The notes under the pieces were generated by a model. That model did no database searches. It had not been told where the DNA came from and saw nothing but the letters and a program-made list of their open reading frames with translations. From NCBI GenBank assembly GCA_025594325.1, contig JANHCV010000005.1, forward strand, positions 868,001 to 932,000: a stretch of 64,000 nt of DNA. The letters are read 5' to 3'. Positions 12,607 to 24,386 of this stretch are shown here, one piece after another. The translations under genes were made by a program, and so were the position numbers. This DNA comes from Blastocladiella emersonii ATCC 22665. Taxonomy: Eukaryota; Fungi; Blastocladiomycota. The first letter of the stretch is position 1. Every line of letters begins with the position of its first letter.

Positions 12607-14869
12607 ATGGATTCACCTCTTGCAATGGATCTAATGAACGACTCTATGCAACCTGACGAGAACGTGCTCACTCGACTCCCCGTGGAGGTGGCGACCGTTG
12701 TTCTCCAGATCGCGGAGCCACGCCCCGCCGTCGCTGCAGCTGCATCCTCTGTTCACGCGCTAGCCAGCGTTGAGCTGGTGTGCTTTGCGTGGACGTTCGG
12801 CGTCGTTGGACGTCTTGTCGACCTTTCGATGCGCGGACCCTCGCCACCCGTTGACCCTTTGGCCCGGCTTGTATCGCTGGATGCGCGAAATGGCGCCGTT
12901 TTGATCCCATCCGAGCTTTATGCCAAGATGGTTTCGCTTTTGATCCGCCGAGCACGTCTCCAAAGTGTTGGTCCGGTGCCCATTCTCGACTATCTAAACG
13001 CAGTGCACCGCGACGAGATCGCCAGACATATATTTCAACATCCACTTGCGGAACTTGTTCGGCTTGTTATCGCGGTGGTCATGTTTGGCTGGATCGATTT
13101 GCTGCGGTCGATCCTCGACAAAGTTGCTGTCGACATGCGCGCACTCCTCGACCTCGAGCTCGAATTACTGGAATGGGCTAGCCTCGCTATGGACTTGTCA
13201 CCTATAGCCGGTTTTGCTGCTGGATTCGAGATGCCCACGACACCAATGCGCTTCGCAGACGCTCTCGGATACCTCGCGGCCTTGGTATGGAACGTCCCGA
13301 CTTTTCAGGTCCTTTGTTCCGAAGCACGTTATGAATTGAATCAAGCCCAGCTTGCCGTGGTGCTGTCCCAGCAGGGGCCGGCGGAACTTGTGCTTCGTGC
13401 AGCAACAATGCAGCCGACTGCTTGCAAGGCCGCTGAAATCTTCATCTGGATCTTTGAGTGCGGCTGGCAAATGTCGGAGGCGGTGCGTGGTCTTTACGTC
13501 CATGCAACTTTCTTCGTTGGTTCCGAGATATTCATCCCGCTGCTCGGACGGTTCCCGGATCTGGTGCTTTCCTCTCTCCCAATTGACGATGACCTGCAGG
13601 ACGTGATTCTTGACGTCGCGTGGGCGACAATCAATCCCGCCGACCCCGAGGACTTCATTCCCGATCAACTTGGATCTTGTATCATTGAGTATTTTGACAG
13701 CGGCATGTTATCCGTAGGTGACCTCCTCATCCTTGAAAGCCATGGACTTGTCGCTCGCGCCTGCTGGCCGTACCTTCTCGGAGCCGCCATTGCTCGCAAA
13801 GCTTTCGATCTCGTCGCGTGGATTCGTGACAGCGTTACGGAAGCGGAGGAATGGCAAGAGTTGTTGATCCAAGGTGCGCCAGCACACGGTTTCCCTTGCA
13901 CACCAGTGCATTCTTCTCACCTTCGCTGCACGATGAGTTTAGCGTTCACCAAAGGTTGCAATGACCGTCGCAGGTCTCATGGATTCTGCTCATCATTTGT
14001 TCTTCAGCACGCACTTGTTCCTGGTCCCAACGGGGATACCGTCAGCGAACTCGACCTGGACGCTTTCATCAGCGCGTTTCGAACAGCTGTGGGCGACACG
14101 GTTCAGAACTGGCAGTGCGCCTTTCTCTTTGGTCGGTTTCCTGCGCTTCCGTTCGTCACAGCGCTTATTGAGTCTTCGGATGACGACGACAGTGGTCTTG
14201 CCAGGTCTGCTGCAATCGATGCGACGTGGCTCCTTGTATCGGCTTTCGTGGACCCTGCTGTGCGGCCAACGCTGGTCCGCTTGATTGATCGGTCTGATGC
14301 TGCCCACCACTTTCTGCACGGCATGCTTCGCGCACTCGTACTTCCTGAGGGTGAATTTTTCGAGACCGAACGGCCCGAGTACTTAGACAATGAGACTCAG
14401 CTCTGCACCAAGTGTCCCCTCGCACTCCAGCAGATATGGCGGGGATCTTTTTGAATTTCTCATCCCAATGTGTATCCCGGAGCACTTCACGTCTTTTGCG
14501 CCGCTCGTCGACAGCATTTGGTCGTTGCTTCGCAAGTGGTCATTCGTGGAGCGGCTGGATGTCGATTGTGGGCGTCGTTGTACTCGTGTTGCGTCCGCAC
14601 GACTCGTCGCTCAAGTGGTGATTTGCGTCAATCCGAAGCGAGCTTTGGCAGAAGTGGAGAAGCTGACGAGACTTGCAGGCTCAAACTCGTTGCCGATGCT
14701 ACGCATTTTCCCCAATCGTGCACTGCAAGACCTTGCAGACCATGGGATTGTGACCGACCTCGGCAAGCTCTTTTCCCAATTGAGTGCGCACGCCGACCCG
14801 CTCGAAGTCGCAAACGAGCTTGCCCGAACGGCACCGGACTATTTCAAAGTTGGGAACTCCCCTGCGTGA
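12607..14869 (+). CDS. F-box-like/helical-repeat family protein (long type) with a probable intron at 13874-13942 and a frameshift at the G4 run 14441-14444
   Basis: N-terminus LTRLPVEVATVVLQIAEPR. Removing one G gives QQIWRDLFEF, matching the paralog QQAWRDVAAIF, and continues into ORF 14390-14869. May be a sequencing error or a pseudogene. Confidence 0.72.
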
Positions 14870-15481
14870 CAATATCGTCTAATCTGCCGTTCCTCATGTC
14901 GTTCATCCTGATACGGGTCGCACGGTTACAGCCCACTTTGATACCTGGTCCTGGCTAGTCATGAGCTCGTGGAGTTTGAGAGGCACTAACCGTGCTGACG
15001 GATGAAACCCTTGGCGTTGCCCGGCGTTGCACGTTTGGCACGCGTCTCGCGTCGACACGCGTAAATAAGAACCGGTTTGCCCTGCCGTGTCCTTCGATGA
15101 CAGTGGGGTCTCAACTCTCGAACAACAGCGGGGTGAGCAACGTGGACCCATTATCCAACGCGGCCTCGACTTTCTTGATCGTGCTGTGGAGCCGGTACAC
15201 GAAATTCGTCGCTGTTTGCATCAGCTACAACCCTTTTCCGGTTTAAGTTGCGAGAGACTTGCCGCCGTTGCTAGCACGCCAATGACGTGTTGCACATCGG
15301 CACGTGTGGGTCACTCGGAAATTTGGAGGCGTGCGTCAGGTCAAGGTCAGCCGAGCTCGGCTCTCGCGCTCTCTTCGTTCACATCCCCTCTCGTCACCCT
15401 GTCATGGATCCAATGAATAACTCTATGCAATTGAGAGATAACCCGTTTGCTCGACTTCCCGTGGAGTTGGTGACGGTTGTC

Positions 15482-15691
15482 GTATTAATCAACTATGACT
15501 ATAAAAACCTACGATAATCCCTACCGGACAATGGTTTGGGGACAGACTTCGATGGCCCAGCACAGGCGCAGCCTGGTTGGGACCACCACCTTGAGGGGCT
15601 CCGCGGACCAAGTCCTTGGAGGCGAGCGTGCAAAGTACCAATCAGTGCACACCCGCACAAACCCCCCACATTGGCGGATAGAGAAGCCCGT
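15482..15691 (-). ncRNA. Candidate omegaRNA scaffold region of the Fanzor-like remnant
   Basis: Lies directly 3' of the RuvC-III fragment. Has an 11-bp G-U-containing stem (15622-15656) plus smaller hairpins. Expression is unknown. Confidence 0.4.
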
Positions 15692-15802
15692 CTACACCGT
15701 AGAGGGAGCGGCGGCAGGAACGTTGACGAGCACCAGCTTGTCGAGGTTCATGCACAGGATGTTGAGCGCCGCGTTGGTGTCGCGCTGGCGCTGGTCGCGG
15801 CA
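15482..15802 (-). mobile_element. 3' remnant of a Fanzor/TnpB-like element: terminal RuvC-III coding fragment (15802-15692) plus ~210-nt structured 3' region
   Basis: Minus-strand CRDQRQRDTNAALNILCMNLDKLVLVNVPAAAPSTV* fits the TnpB/Fanzor C-x5-RDxNAAxNI signature. The segment is non-homologous to the host paralog and has several stem-loops downstream. Confidence 0.68.
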
Positions 15803-16239
15803 GGCCGATGCTTTCCCAATGGTGCGCTGCAAGACCTTGCTGGCCGCAACGCCATGGTCGGTCTTGTCAGCAAACTCTTCACGAACGTGGGCATGCACGC
15901 CGACCCGATTGAAATTGCTACCGAGCTTGCTCGGACGGCGCCCGACGCGTTTAAGGAGGGAAGCATCCCAGCGTGATGGCCCATGATTGATTTGCCACTG
16001 GTCCTGTTATTCAACTGGGTCTTGTTCACCGGGAATCGCCGCTCATATATATATAGTCCTGCTCAGTCGTGGAAGCTTGTCCGACCCACTCGAAACTAGC
16101 ATGGCATCGATGAAAATCCATTCGGGCTGCGGAACGCTCGTCGTTGGCGGTTCGCCACGTGTCTCGCGCTGCGCCACATTCATGTGACCGGTTCAGCGCC
16201 ACGGCATCACGAAATTCGTTTCAGGCTCGCAGGCGCCCA

Positions 16240-16340
16240 CCCCGTTTTGCAGGCAGCTCCCCACAGCTTTGCAGGCACCCCCGCCGCTTTGAAGGCCGCC
16301 GCGCTCCTTTGAGAGCTTCCCCGCCGCTTCGCAGCCAAGG
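16240..16340. repeat. Diverged partial inverted copy of the MITE-like element at 18466-18667
   Basis: GCACCCCCGCCGCTTTGAAGGCCGC resembles the reverse complement of the MITE internal subrepeats. Confidence 0.4.
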
Positions 16341-18465
16341 ACCGCCGGCTGCAGGCCACCTCCCCACCACCCTGCCCCTCGAACCCCTGCTCCCCGATCC
16401 CTCCGCATCACACACAGCGCTCTGACGCGAATATATCGTCATGTAACCACTGCAACAACTCGAAGCTTAGACTGAGCGCGCTCCAGAGAGGCTCCGACCC
16501 GTCACGCCTCGCCTCATCGTGTCGCACTGAGCAGGACGGCGGCGGCGTTGAGCCAGGCGCGCGAGACAGCCAACACTGGTCCCGCCCCGCGTCCCGCTCG
16601 CGCGCGAGCAGTCCTTCGCGACCCGCTCAGCCGGGCAGCCCCGCGCGCAGCCCCGCGCGAGACCAACGCCCTGGCCAACGCGGGCGCGGCGTGCGGCGTG
16701 CGGCACGGCCTTGAGCACGCTGTTCGCGGCGGCACCGCGTGCAACGTTGCCGTGGCCCTGGCGGGCGCCGCCAACCTCGCCCCGAACAGCGTCCGATCGC
16801 TCACGATCGACGCTCTCGGCCCCGGGCTCCCCGCGCTCAGCGTGCGAGCCCGACGGCTTGCCCGATCAAGGAGCGGCGCATCGCGGGCCGAGACGGCGCG
16901 CAGTTGGGGCGCGGCTGTTCGCGACCCGCGCTCGCTCGCCACCGCGACGGTGAGCAGCTGAGAGGAGCGCCGGGCGCACGGCTGGAACGTGACGGAGCGG
17001 AGGCGGCGCGTAGCGCAGGGCGAGGTCAGCTCGAGCGGACCGACACAGAGAGGAGCGGCCGGGCCGGGCTTGCAGCAGCAGTGCGGGCGCGCACTCGCGC
17101 CGACGCAAAGTCCCGAAAAGCACAGGGAGCGGGCGTGCTCGAAGTGACAGGCGCGTCACGTTTTGTGGCCTCCGCCCTTCGGCGATCACCGCGGCCTGGC
17201 GGCGGGCAAGCCACCCGCCCGCCAAACAAAGGGCGAGCGCCGCCGCCCGCCACCGCTCTCTCCCCCGCCCGCCGCCCCCTCCTCACCACAACCACACGCA
17301 CCAACGACATGCTTGGCAACACCGACGCCGTCGCGCGGCCCACACTGCACCGGCGCGCGCCGTGAACCTCAGCCTGCCTCTGGTCCGCCGCCGCCGCCGC
17401 CTCGCTCGCCCCTCGCTCGCCCCTTGCCCACCTCCCTCCACCATCATGTTTGCAACCTCCCAGCCACCGCAGTACCCTCGCTCCCTACGCCAAACCGTCG
17501 CTCCCCGAATCCTCACGGCCGCCGCCGCTCCCCTTCGCCGCGACACTCTCGCTCCGCGCTACCCGTTCCACTCGTCACGGCTCGATCTCCCTCGACTACG
17601 CTGTCTGCGCACCTACTTGGTGCTCCGCTGACGCTGGTTGATGTCGCCCTCGCCGTCGCCAACTCGCTCGTCGCCCCGTCCCGTCAACCGCCGTGCCGAT
17701 CCTGACCCGTCTCGTCTCGTCTCGCTGTGTAGTGCCCGCACGAACCTCGCTCACCAAGCCCGGCCACCGTCATCGCGCCCACCCGCTGGCCTCCTTCGAA
17801 TCGACTAGTCGGGCTCGCACGCGGCCGCCGTCCGGTCCTCCTCGCCGCCGCCACCCGCCGCCGAGTCCCGGCCCGACCACCGTGTCCCGGTCGATCTCTC
17901 TCGCGGCAACGGTCTGCACACCTCTCACCAGGTCTCCCACGCGGCTTGTCTCTGACTCGTCGCGCCCCGCCTGCACCGTGTAGTCGGCTTCCGCGTGAAC
18001 TCGCTCGCGCGCGCAAGGTCAACCGCGACAAGACACACGTTTTCTAGCAGGCCACGGCCATGGTCACGGTACGCGCCCCGCGGCTTTTGCTCATCCACGA
18101 GAGTCACTCACTTGCATCTTCCTCGTAGCGCTGATGATGCTGTACCCAAGCGCGCATCTCCCAAGCGCTGCAGCTGTACAGTTGGGAATCGACCGCATCG
18201 CCACCGTGGCCAAGCCCAAGTACCTCAAGCTCATCCCCAAGGGTCCCCAAGGTCACGGCCGCGTGCACGCGTCGGCTCGCAGGTCGATGGCGGCCGAGTG
18301 CGGTGTGCTTCAGATCCCTCGAATCGGCCGCGACATGATGCGGTCGTCGCCCTCCTCCCATCTCCCGCCCTCGATGTGCCTGATGATCAATACATTTTGT
18401 TCCTCCCTATATCTTTCTCGTGGACCCTGAGCGAAGCTGGAGCGTGAGCTGGCGAACCTATATTG

Positions 18466-18667
18466 AATTTTTCCTGGGCGTTTTGAAGGCGATAACAGCG
18501 TTTATAGCCTTTAAAAGCGTGTGCAGCCTTCAAAGGCGGGGGGGTGCTTTTGAAGGCGGGGGAGTGCTTTTGAAAGCTGGTGGGTGCCTTCAACGGCCGG
18601 ACATGGCTTTTGAAAGCACCGCTTGCCTGCGGTGCCTTAATCGCCTTCAAAACGACCAAAAAAAAAT
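18466..18667. mobile_element. MITE-like element of ~200 bp with terminal inverted repeats and internal TTTTGAAGGC subrepeats
   Basis: Perfect 15-bp inverted pair CGTTTTGAAGGCGAT (18479-18493) / ATCGCCTTCAAAACG (18640-18654), with T-rich and A-rich outer ends. Non-coding. Confidence 0.65.
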
Positions 18668-18716
18668 CGTGATGACACTTGCGTGAGCGGCGACCCGCAA
18701 CGCGCCGTCCGCGCCA

Positions 18717-18826
18717 ACAACGAGCTCGATCCATGATCCAGCGCGCACACCGGCCATCCGACGCGTCGCCGCATCCGCGGATGTTCGCTCGCTCCCCGCC
18801 CGATCGTTGCGCAACGGTTTCACGGT
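18717..18826 (+). repeat. Second copy of the dispersed repeat found at the 5' end of the 7091 insertion
   Basis: CAACGAGCTCGATCCATGATCCAGCGCG...CCGACGCGTCGCCGCA...CGGTTTCACGGT is shared with 7091-7196. Confidence 0.75.
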
Positions 18827-19802
18827 TCGCGTACCGAGCTCGCATTCGCTTCACGCGGGTGACGAGTCCAGCGGGATCGCGTTCCCGCTCACTGCTGCTC
18901 TTCGACGGGCTGGACGGGCAGAGGACGTTGACGCGTTGAGGCCACTCAGTGTGCGTGCTGGATGGTGGATCCGCTCGATGGTTTCTGGGGCCGACGCTAA
19001 GAGGATTGCTGGAAGCGGTGGCAGGTTCGCGAGCAGGGTGATCTGACGAATACATTGCTCGAGGTTTGCGCAAGTTGCTCGCTCGTTTTCGCGCGAATCT
19101 GCGCCTGCAGGCGGTGTGATCGGCGCAACGCGAGATGTGCTCGCGCGCGAGGAGACTGTGCGAGTTTGCTCCATCTTCGCGCCGGTGACAAGTCTTGCAC
19201 CCCCCAAAGTCCGCGAGCGCGACGCTGAGACTGGATCTCAGTGCGGCAGCGACTCGCTTGTGTTGTCTGACGTGCATTATGGAACCCGCGGGCCCGTCTC
19301 ACGGACCATCCAGCTCATCCGAGGCCACGACCACTCGAACGAAGCCGCCGCCCACCGACGCGTCCGCGGGCTTCGGTGGCGAGTCTCGACTAGCTCATCC
19401 AACGGAAACAGTAGCCGCGGATGAAGACAGCTCTCACTTGAACAAGGGTTCACTACTGTTCGGCCTGGGCTTCAACGAGCGCATCGCTAGACACGAGCTG
19501 AAGCCGCGCGTCCTGCGATTCAAGTCGCCCGACAGTTGACCGCTCTGCATGACGGCCACTAGAGAGCTTCCACAAAGTTTATTCATTCGCTTCATCGGCT
19601 TCCGTGAGCGGGCGAGAAGAGCGAGGACGCGCCGCGCCACCGCAACGCGTCAAGGCCCGCGTGGCCGAGCATCAGCTGACCGCGTTTCGATGCGTCGAAG
19701 CCTGCTTGCGTTCCGCACCGCGCTGTTCACTCCCCCGCCCTCCCAGCTCCCCCCTCTCCCGCAAACATCCGCAACCAGTCTTCCTGCAACGCAATCAACA
19801 CC

Positions 19803-20645
19803 ATGAATACGCAATCCTCGTCAACCACGGGCCTGTTCCCGTCGGCGCCGCCGCCCAACTACACGAGCGTGCCGACGGCGACCGACGAGGAGCTGGCGCG
19901 CGCCGGGCTGTCGGCCGACGCCAAGCCGACCGTCTTCGAGTGCGATGCGTCCATCCGCAACGGTGCGCATTCCCCTCGGCGCTGTCCCTGACCTGCACTG
20001 ACCCGCGACTGTGCAGCCTTCATCGCCAAAGTCTACGCGATCCTGTCGCTGCAACTTCTCGTGACCGCGTCCGCGTCGCTGGTCATGGCGCTCGTCCCGA
20101 GCGTGCGGGCGTACGTGCAGTCGAGTCCGGGCATCCTGATCGCGGCCATCGTGCTGTCCTTCGTGACGCTGTTTGGGCTCATGTGGCAGCGGCACGCGGT
20201 GCCGTACAACTTCATGTGGCTGGGCGCGTTCACCGTGTGCGAGGCGTGGCTCGTGGGCGCGGTGGTGACGACGTACTCGGCCGACGTGGTGCTGCAGGCG
20301 CTGCTGCTGACGTGCGGCCTGTTCGGGGTGCTGACGGTCGCGGCGGGCGTGGCTGCGCGCCGCGGGACGGATCTGTCGCGGCTCGGGACCGTGCTCACGG
20401 TGATGCTGGCGATCCTGGTCCTGGTCGGGCTGATCGGCCTGTTCCTGCCGTTCGCGTCGGCGCTGCACACCTTCTACTGTATCGCGGGCGCCATCATCTT
20501 CTGCGGGCTCATCCTGTTCGACACGTGGCGCATCATGACGCAGCTGTCGCCCGACGAGTACGTGGCCGCCGCGCTCGACCTTTACCTCGACCTGTTGAAC
20601 CTCTTCCTATACCTCCTCGAGCTGCTGGGCCAACGCAACGACTGA
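19803..20645 (+). CDS. Bax inhibitor-1 / TMBIM (LFG, BXI1-like) membrane protein; exons 19803-19962, 20017-20645
   Basis: Begins AFIAKVYAILSLQLLVT, has seven hydrophobic segments, and ends FDTWRIM...SPDEYVAAALDLYLDLLNLFLYLL. Confidence 0.93.
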
Positions 20646-20762
20646 GCCCTGTCTAAGGCGAGTTTTTCTCCTGTACCATATCATGTATCAATCAAAATCT
20701 GCGCGCGCGCAATGTATCAATCATCCATCCCACGCGCTACTGCTACTACTCCATGTCAAAAC

Positions 20763-23700
20763 TCAGAGGTGGACGGGGTAGTTGACGACGGCCTCCGAGT
20801 CGCCGTCGACGGCGAACAGGAGCTGCGTGGTCAGCTCGCCAAAGTTGCCGTTCCACGCGTTGAACCGGGCGACGCCGCCGACCGTGAGGGCGGCCTCGAC
20901 CGACGCGGCGCTAGCGGGGGCCGACGGCGACAGACCAAACAGCTTGAACACGTCGGACGTGACGGCGCGCACCATCTCCTCCTCGGACAGGTCGGCAAGG
21001 CGGCGGACCCACCCCGCGTCGAACCGGAGGTTGCGGACGGACGAGAGCTCGGACGGGTGGCTCGAGATCGCAAACGGCACGCGCGCGCGCTTGAGGAGCG
21101 CGGCCGCGTGGACGGCCCCGCGGTACGTGTTGGGCGGCGAGAGGCACCGGCGCGCGTCCCACTTGGCGGGGATGCAGCGCGCGGGGCTCAGGAGCACGCC
21201 GACGGTGCCGTTGAAGGCGGCGAGCTCGTCGACGACCAGGTGCGACTCGGCGGCGCCCGCGATCACCCACCGCTGCGCGTTGGCCGGGTCCACGGCGCGC
21301 TTGAGCCGCAGCGCCGACGCCATGGCGTTGGCCGACTCGGTGTGCAGGACGAGCGGCACGCGGCCCTCGCGGACCTGGCGCAGGACGGCGGTGTCCTCGT
21401 CCGTCGCAGCGGAGGCCGAGAGCTTGCCCGCGAGCCAGTGGCGCAGCGCGGCGATCTGGCCCGAAACACTCCCGGCGAGCCCGCCGGCCGACTTGGCGGC
21501 AGCGCCGAGCGGGGTGTGGACGGCGACCACGTCGCGGAGGACGTGCGGGGTGGTGTAGTTGGTGGCGAACAGCGTCGAGACGGCGAGCGCGGGCGCGCCC
21601 TTGACGTCGGCGACCGAGATGGCGAGCCCGACGCCCTGGCTGGCGCTGACGAGCTCGAGGAGGCCGCCGGCCTGCAGCCCGTCGCGCGTGTACACGAGGG
21701 TGCCGTCAGTGCCCGTCTTGGCGGTCCCGTCGTGCGTCGTCGGCTCCTGCGCGATCTCGACGGTACCCAGCACGGTGCCCGCGGCGACGAGCGACGGCGT
21801 GATGGTGCCGCCCTGCAGGTCAATGGTCACCTGGCCCTCGGGCGCGGGGACGGACCCGCACGCCGCGCCGATGCACGTGATCTTGCCGTCGACGACGCGC
21901 AGGTGCGTCGGGCCGGCCACGGTCTCGGCGCCCGTGACGATCTTGCCGACGTTGGTGATGAAGACGGGCTTGGCCTTGTCGGCGACGGCGACGCGCGCGG
22001 GGACCGGCGTGGTGGGCTCGGGCACGATGGGCTGCGGGTCGGCGGCGGTCTTGGTGAAGGCGACGGCGCCGTCGACGATGACGAGGTCGGGCAGCGAGCC
22101 GACGTGGAACGGGTTGGTGGGCCACAGCACGACGTCCGCGTCCTTGCCGACCTCGATGCTGCCGACGCGGTAGTCGACGCCCATGAGCTTGGCGGGGGTC
22201 GACGTGAGCGCCTTGAGCGTGGACTGCTCCGAGAGACCGTACTGGATGGCGCGGGCCGACTCGTGGACGAGGTACTGCGAGTGGAGGACCGGGTGGTCCG
22301 ACTTGAAGGCGAAGGGGACCCCGGCGTTCTCGAGGACCTGCGCCGTGTAGACGGACGCCTGGTACGCCTCCTTCTTGTAGCTCCAGTGGTCCGAGAAGAT
22401 GGCGGCGCCGATGGGCGTGCGGCCCTCGTCGTTCCACCGCTTGAGGGCGGGCGTGATCTGGCCAATGTCGAGGGCGTGGTGGAACGCGGCAATCGAGACG
22501 TTGAACTCGCGCGCGACGCGCATCTGGGTCTCGAGGTCGTTGATCTCGTAGCAGTGCCAGTTGAGCCGCACGTTGCCGCGCAGCAGGGAGACGAGCTGGT
22601 CGTGCGCGATCGGCGACGGGTACCGGCCCTTGGGGTGGATCAGCGCCGAGCCCTTGCCGTCCTTGGGGTGCTTCTTCTTCTTGTGCTTGTTGGCCTCGGC
22701 CATGTGGTCGGCGATGCGGCACCACTCGTCCTGGTCGTGGCGCAGCTTGGTGGCCTCCTCGTACTTTTGGCGGACCAGGAACGCGTTGCCCATGCGGGTG
22801 AAGGGCAGCACGCCCTCGCCGCCGCCGTACGACCGCTTCGGGTTCTCGCCGCACGCCTGCTTGGACCACCGCCACAGCGGGCCGCCGGCCGTGTACTCGG
22901 CGTCGGACCCGCGCGTGATGTTGGAGAAGAGCAGCATGTCCTCGGCCGAGTTGGTCGCGGGCTGCGGGGTCTTGAACGCGAACGCCTGGAGGGAGAGGAG
23001 GACGAGGGACGAGGGTTAGTGAGTGTTCGCGCCGAGCGACAGAGAAGGCGAGAGAACAGCGTACCTCGCCGCCCATGAGGTTGGCCGAGCCGGGGAGGAC
23101 CATGATGGTGGTGACGCCGCCCGAGAGGATGAGCGGGAGGGCCTTGTCGTGCGGGTGGAACGTGTCGATGGTGCGCATCATGGGGAGCGTCGGGTTGCCG
23201 AACTCGTTGGTGTCGGAGGTGCCGTCGAGGCTCGGGTAGTTGTCGGTGCCGGCGTGCGAGTGCATGTCGACGATGCCGGGCGTGAGGATGCGGCCCTCGG
23301 CCTCGACCACGGTCGCGGCGCCCTCGGGCACGTCGAGGTTGACGCCCACGGCGTGGATCAGGCCGTCGACGAGCAGCACGTCCGTGTCCGGGTGGATCGC
23401 GCCGAGCCCGTCCCACACGGTCGCCTTGCGGATCAGCGTCGCGACGCCCTGGGACGCGTCGCGCTGGTTGATGCGCTTGGCGCGCGGCGCGTACTCGCGG
23501 TCCAGCACCGACGCGTGCGTGCGGCACTGCGCGAGACCCGACTCGAGCTCGGCGGGCGTCAGCAGCGCGCCGTGGCCCGACAGCGGAAGCGTGTCGGGGT
23601 GGTTGTCGCTGCCGCGCGAGGGCAGCAGGTGCCCGATGCCGATCAGCAGCGCGGCCGTCACGGCGGTCGCGACGACGGCCGACGTGATGGCGACGCGGCG

Positions 23701-23826
23701 CGTCGACCGCTTGCCCGCGCGGCGGCGCGACGGCGCATCGCTGTCGGAGCCCGACGAGAACTTGGCGTCGACGGCAACGTAGTCGCGCTTGGGCGGCGAC
23801 CCGCGGCGCGTCAGGTTGACGTTCAT
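20763..23826 (-). CDS. Amidohydrolase-superfamily metallo-dependent hydrolase with an N-terminal TM anchor and two modules; exons 23826-23065, 22985-20763
   Basis: Contains TPGIVDMHSHAG, GVTTIMVLPGSANLMGGE, FKSDHPV and GSIEVGKDADVVLW. The intron is canonical. Confidence 0.9.
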
Positions 23827-24386
23827 GGTGGTGTTGCGGTTGGTGGATGGATGGCCGATCGACTTGGAGGGTATCGGGTCGGCGGGGATCCACACGGTAC
23901 GCGCGCGGGAGCGAGGACGAGCGGCGAGGGTTGCTGCCCGTTTTATACTCTGGCCCGCGTTTGCGACGCGTCAGCGAGAGAAGAGGCTTGAGCGTTCCCT
24001 CGCCCGGCGAAAGCAGCGGGCCGACTTGAGCGACCATGTGAGCGGTGACCGCGCGGGCAGCCGCGCGGGCCGCCGACCAATCGTTCATCGCGTCGCTCAC
24101 ATCACGCGAGCAACCTGGGTTTCGCTGCCGAGGATGGCCCGGCTCTGTAATGCAGCGAGTTATCGCTCGGCGATCGCGGCACGGCATGGTCGGCATGACG
24201 GCGGCGACGCGCTGGTCTCGGGTCGCGTGAGGCGTGTTGGGCAGGCTGTGAGTCAGCGGCTCAGTGAACGAGCGACCGAGGAGCCACGGCCATCGCTCTC
24301 CTCCCGCCCTCTCCAACGACAACGAAGCTCCTCGAGCGCTCTCATGGAAACTGCATGCAACACTCTCCCCGCTCGGTGAACCACCC

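Larger units (their letters stand above)
15404..15976 (+). pseudogene. Internally deleted tandem paralog of the 12607 F-box-like gene, interrupted by a Fanzor-like fragment
   Basis: The 5' part MDPMNNSMQLRDNPFARLPVELVTVV matches 12607. The 3' part FPNGALQDLA...HADPIEIATELARTAPDAFKEGSIPA matches the end of the 14869 ORF. Confidence 0.85.

Noticed and set aside
4628-16000. Recent endogenous giant-virus insertion (HNH plus F-box/ankyrin content)
   Set aside because: No capsid, polymerase, packaging ATPase or other NCLDV core gene is seen, and the genes carry host-type spliceosomal introns. An ancient origin cannot be excluded.
16467-18447. Cluster of overlapping ORFs, including GIDRIATVAKPKYLKLIPKG at ~18186
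   Set aside because: No consistent frame or recognisable family; possibly decayed coding DNA, but not callable.
18851-19640. Fragmentary protein-like frames upstream of the BI-1 gene
   Set aside because: Short and interrupted, with no identifiable homology.
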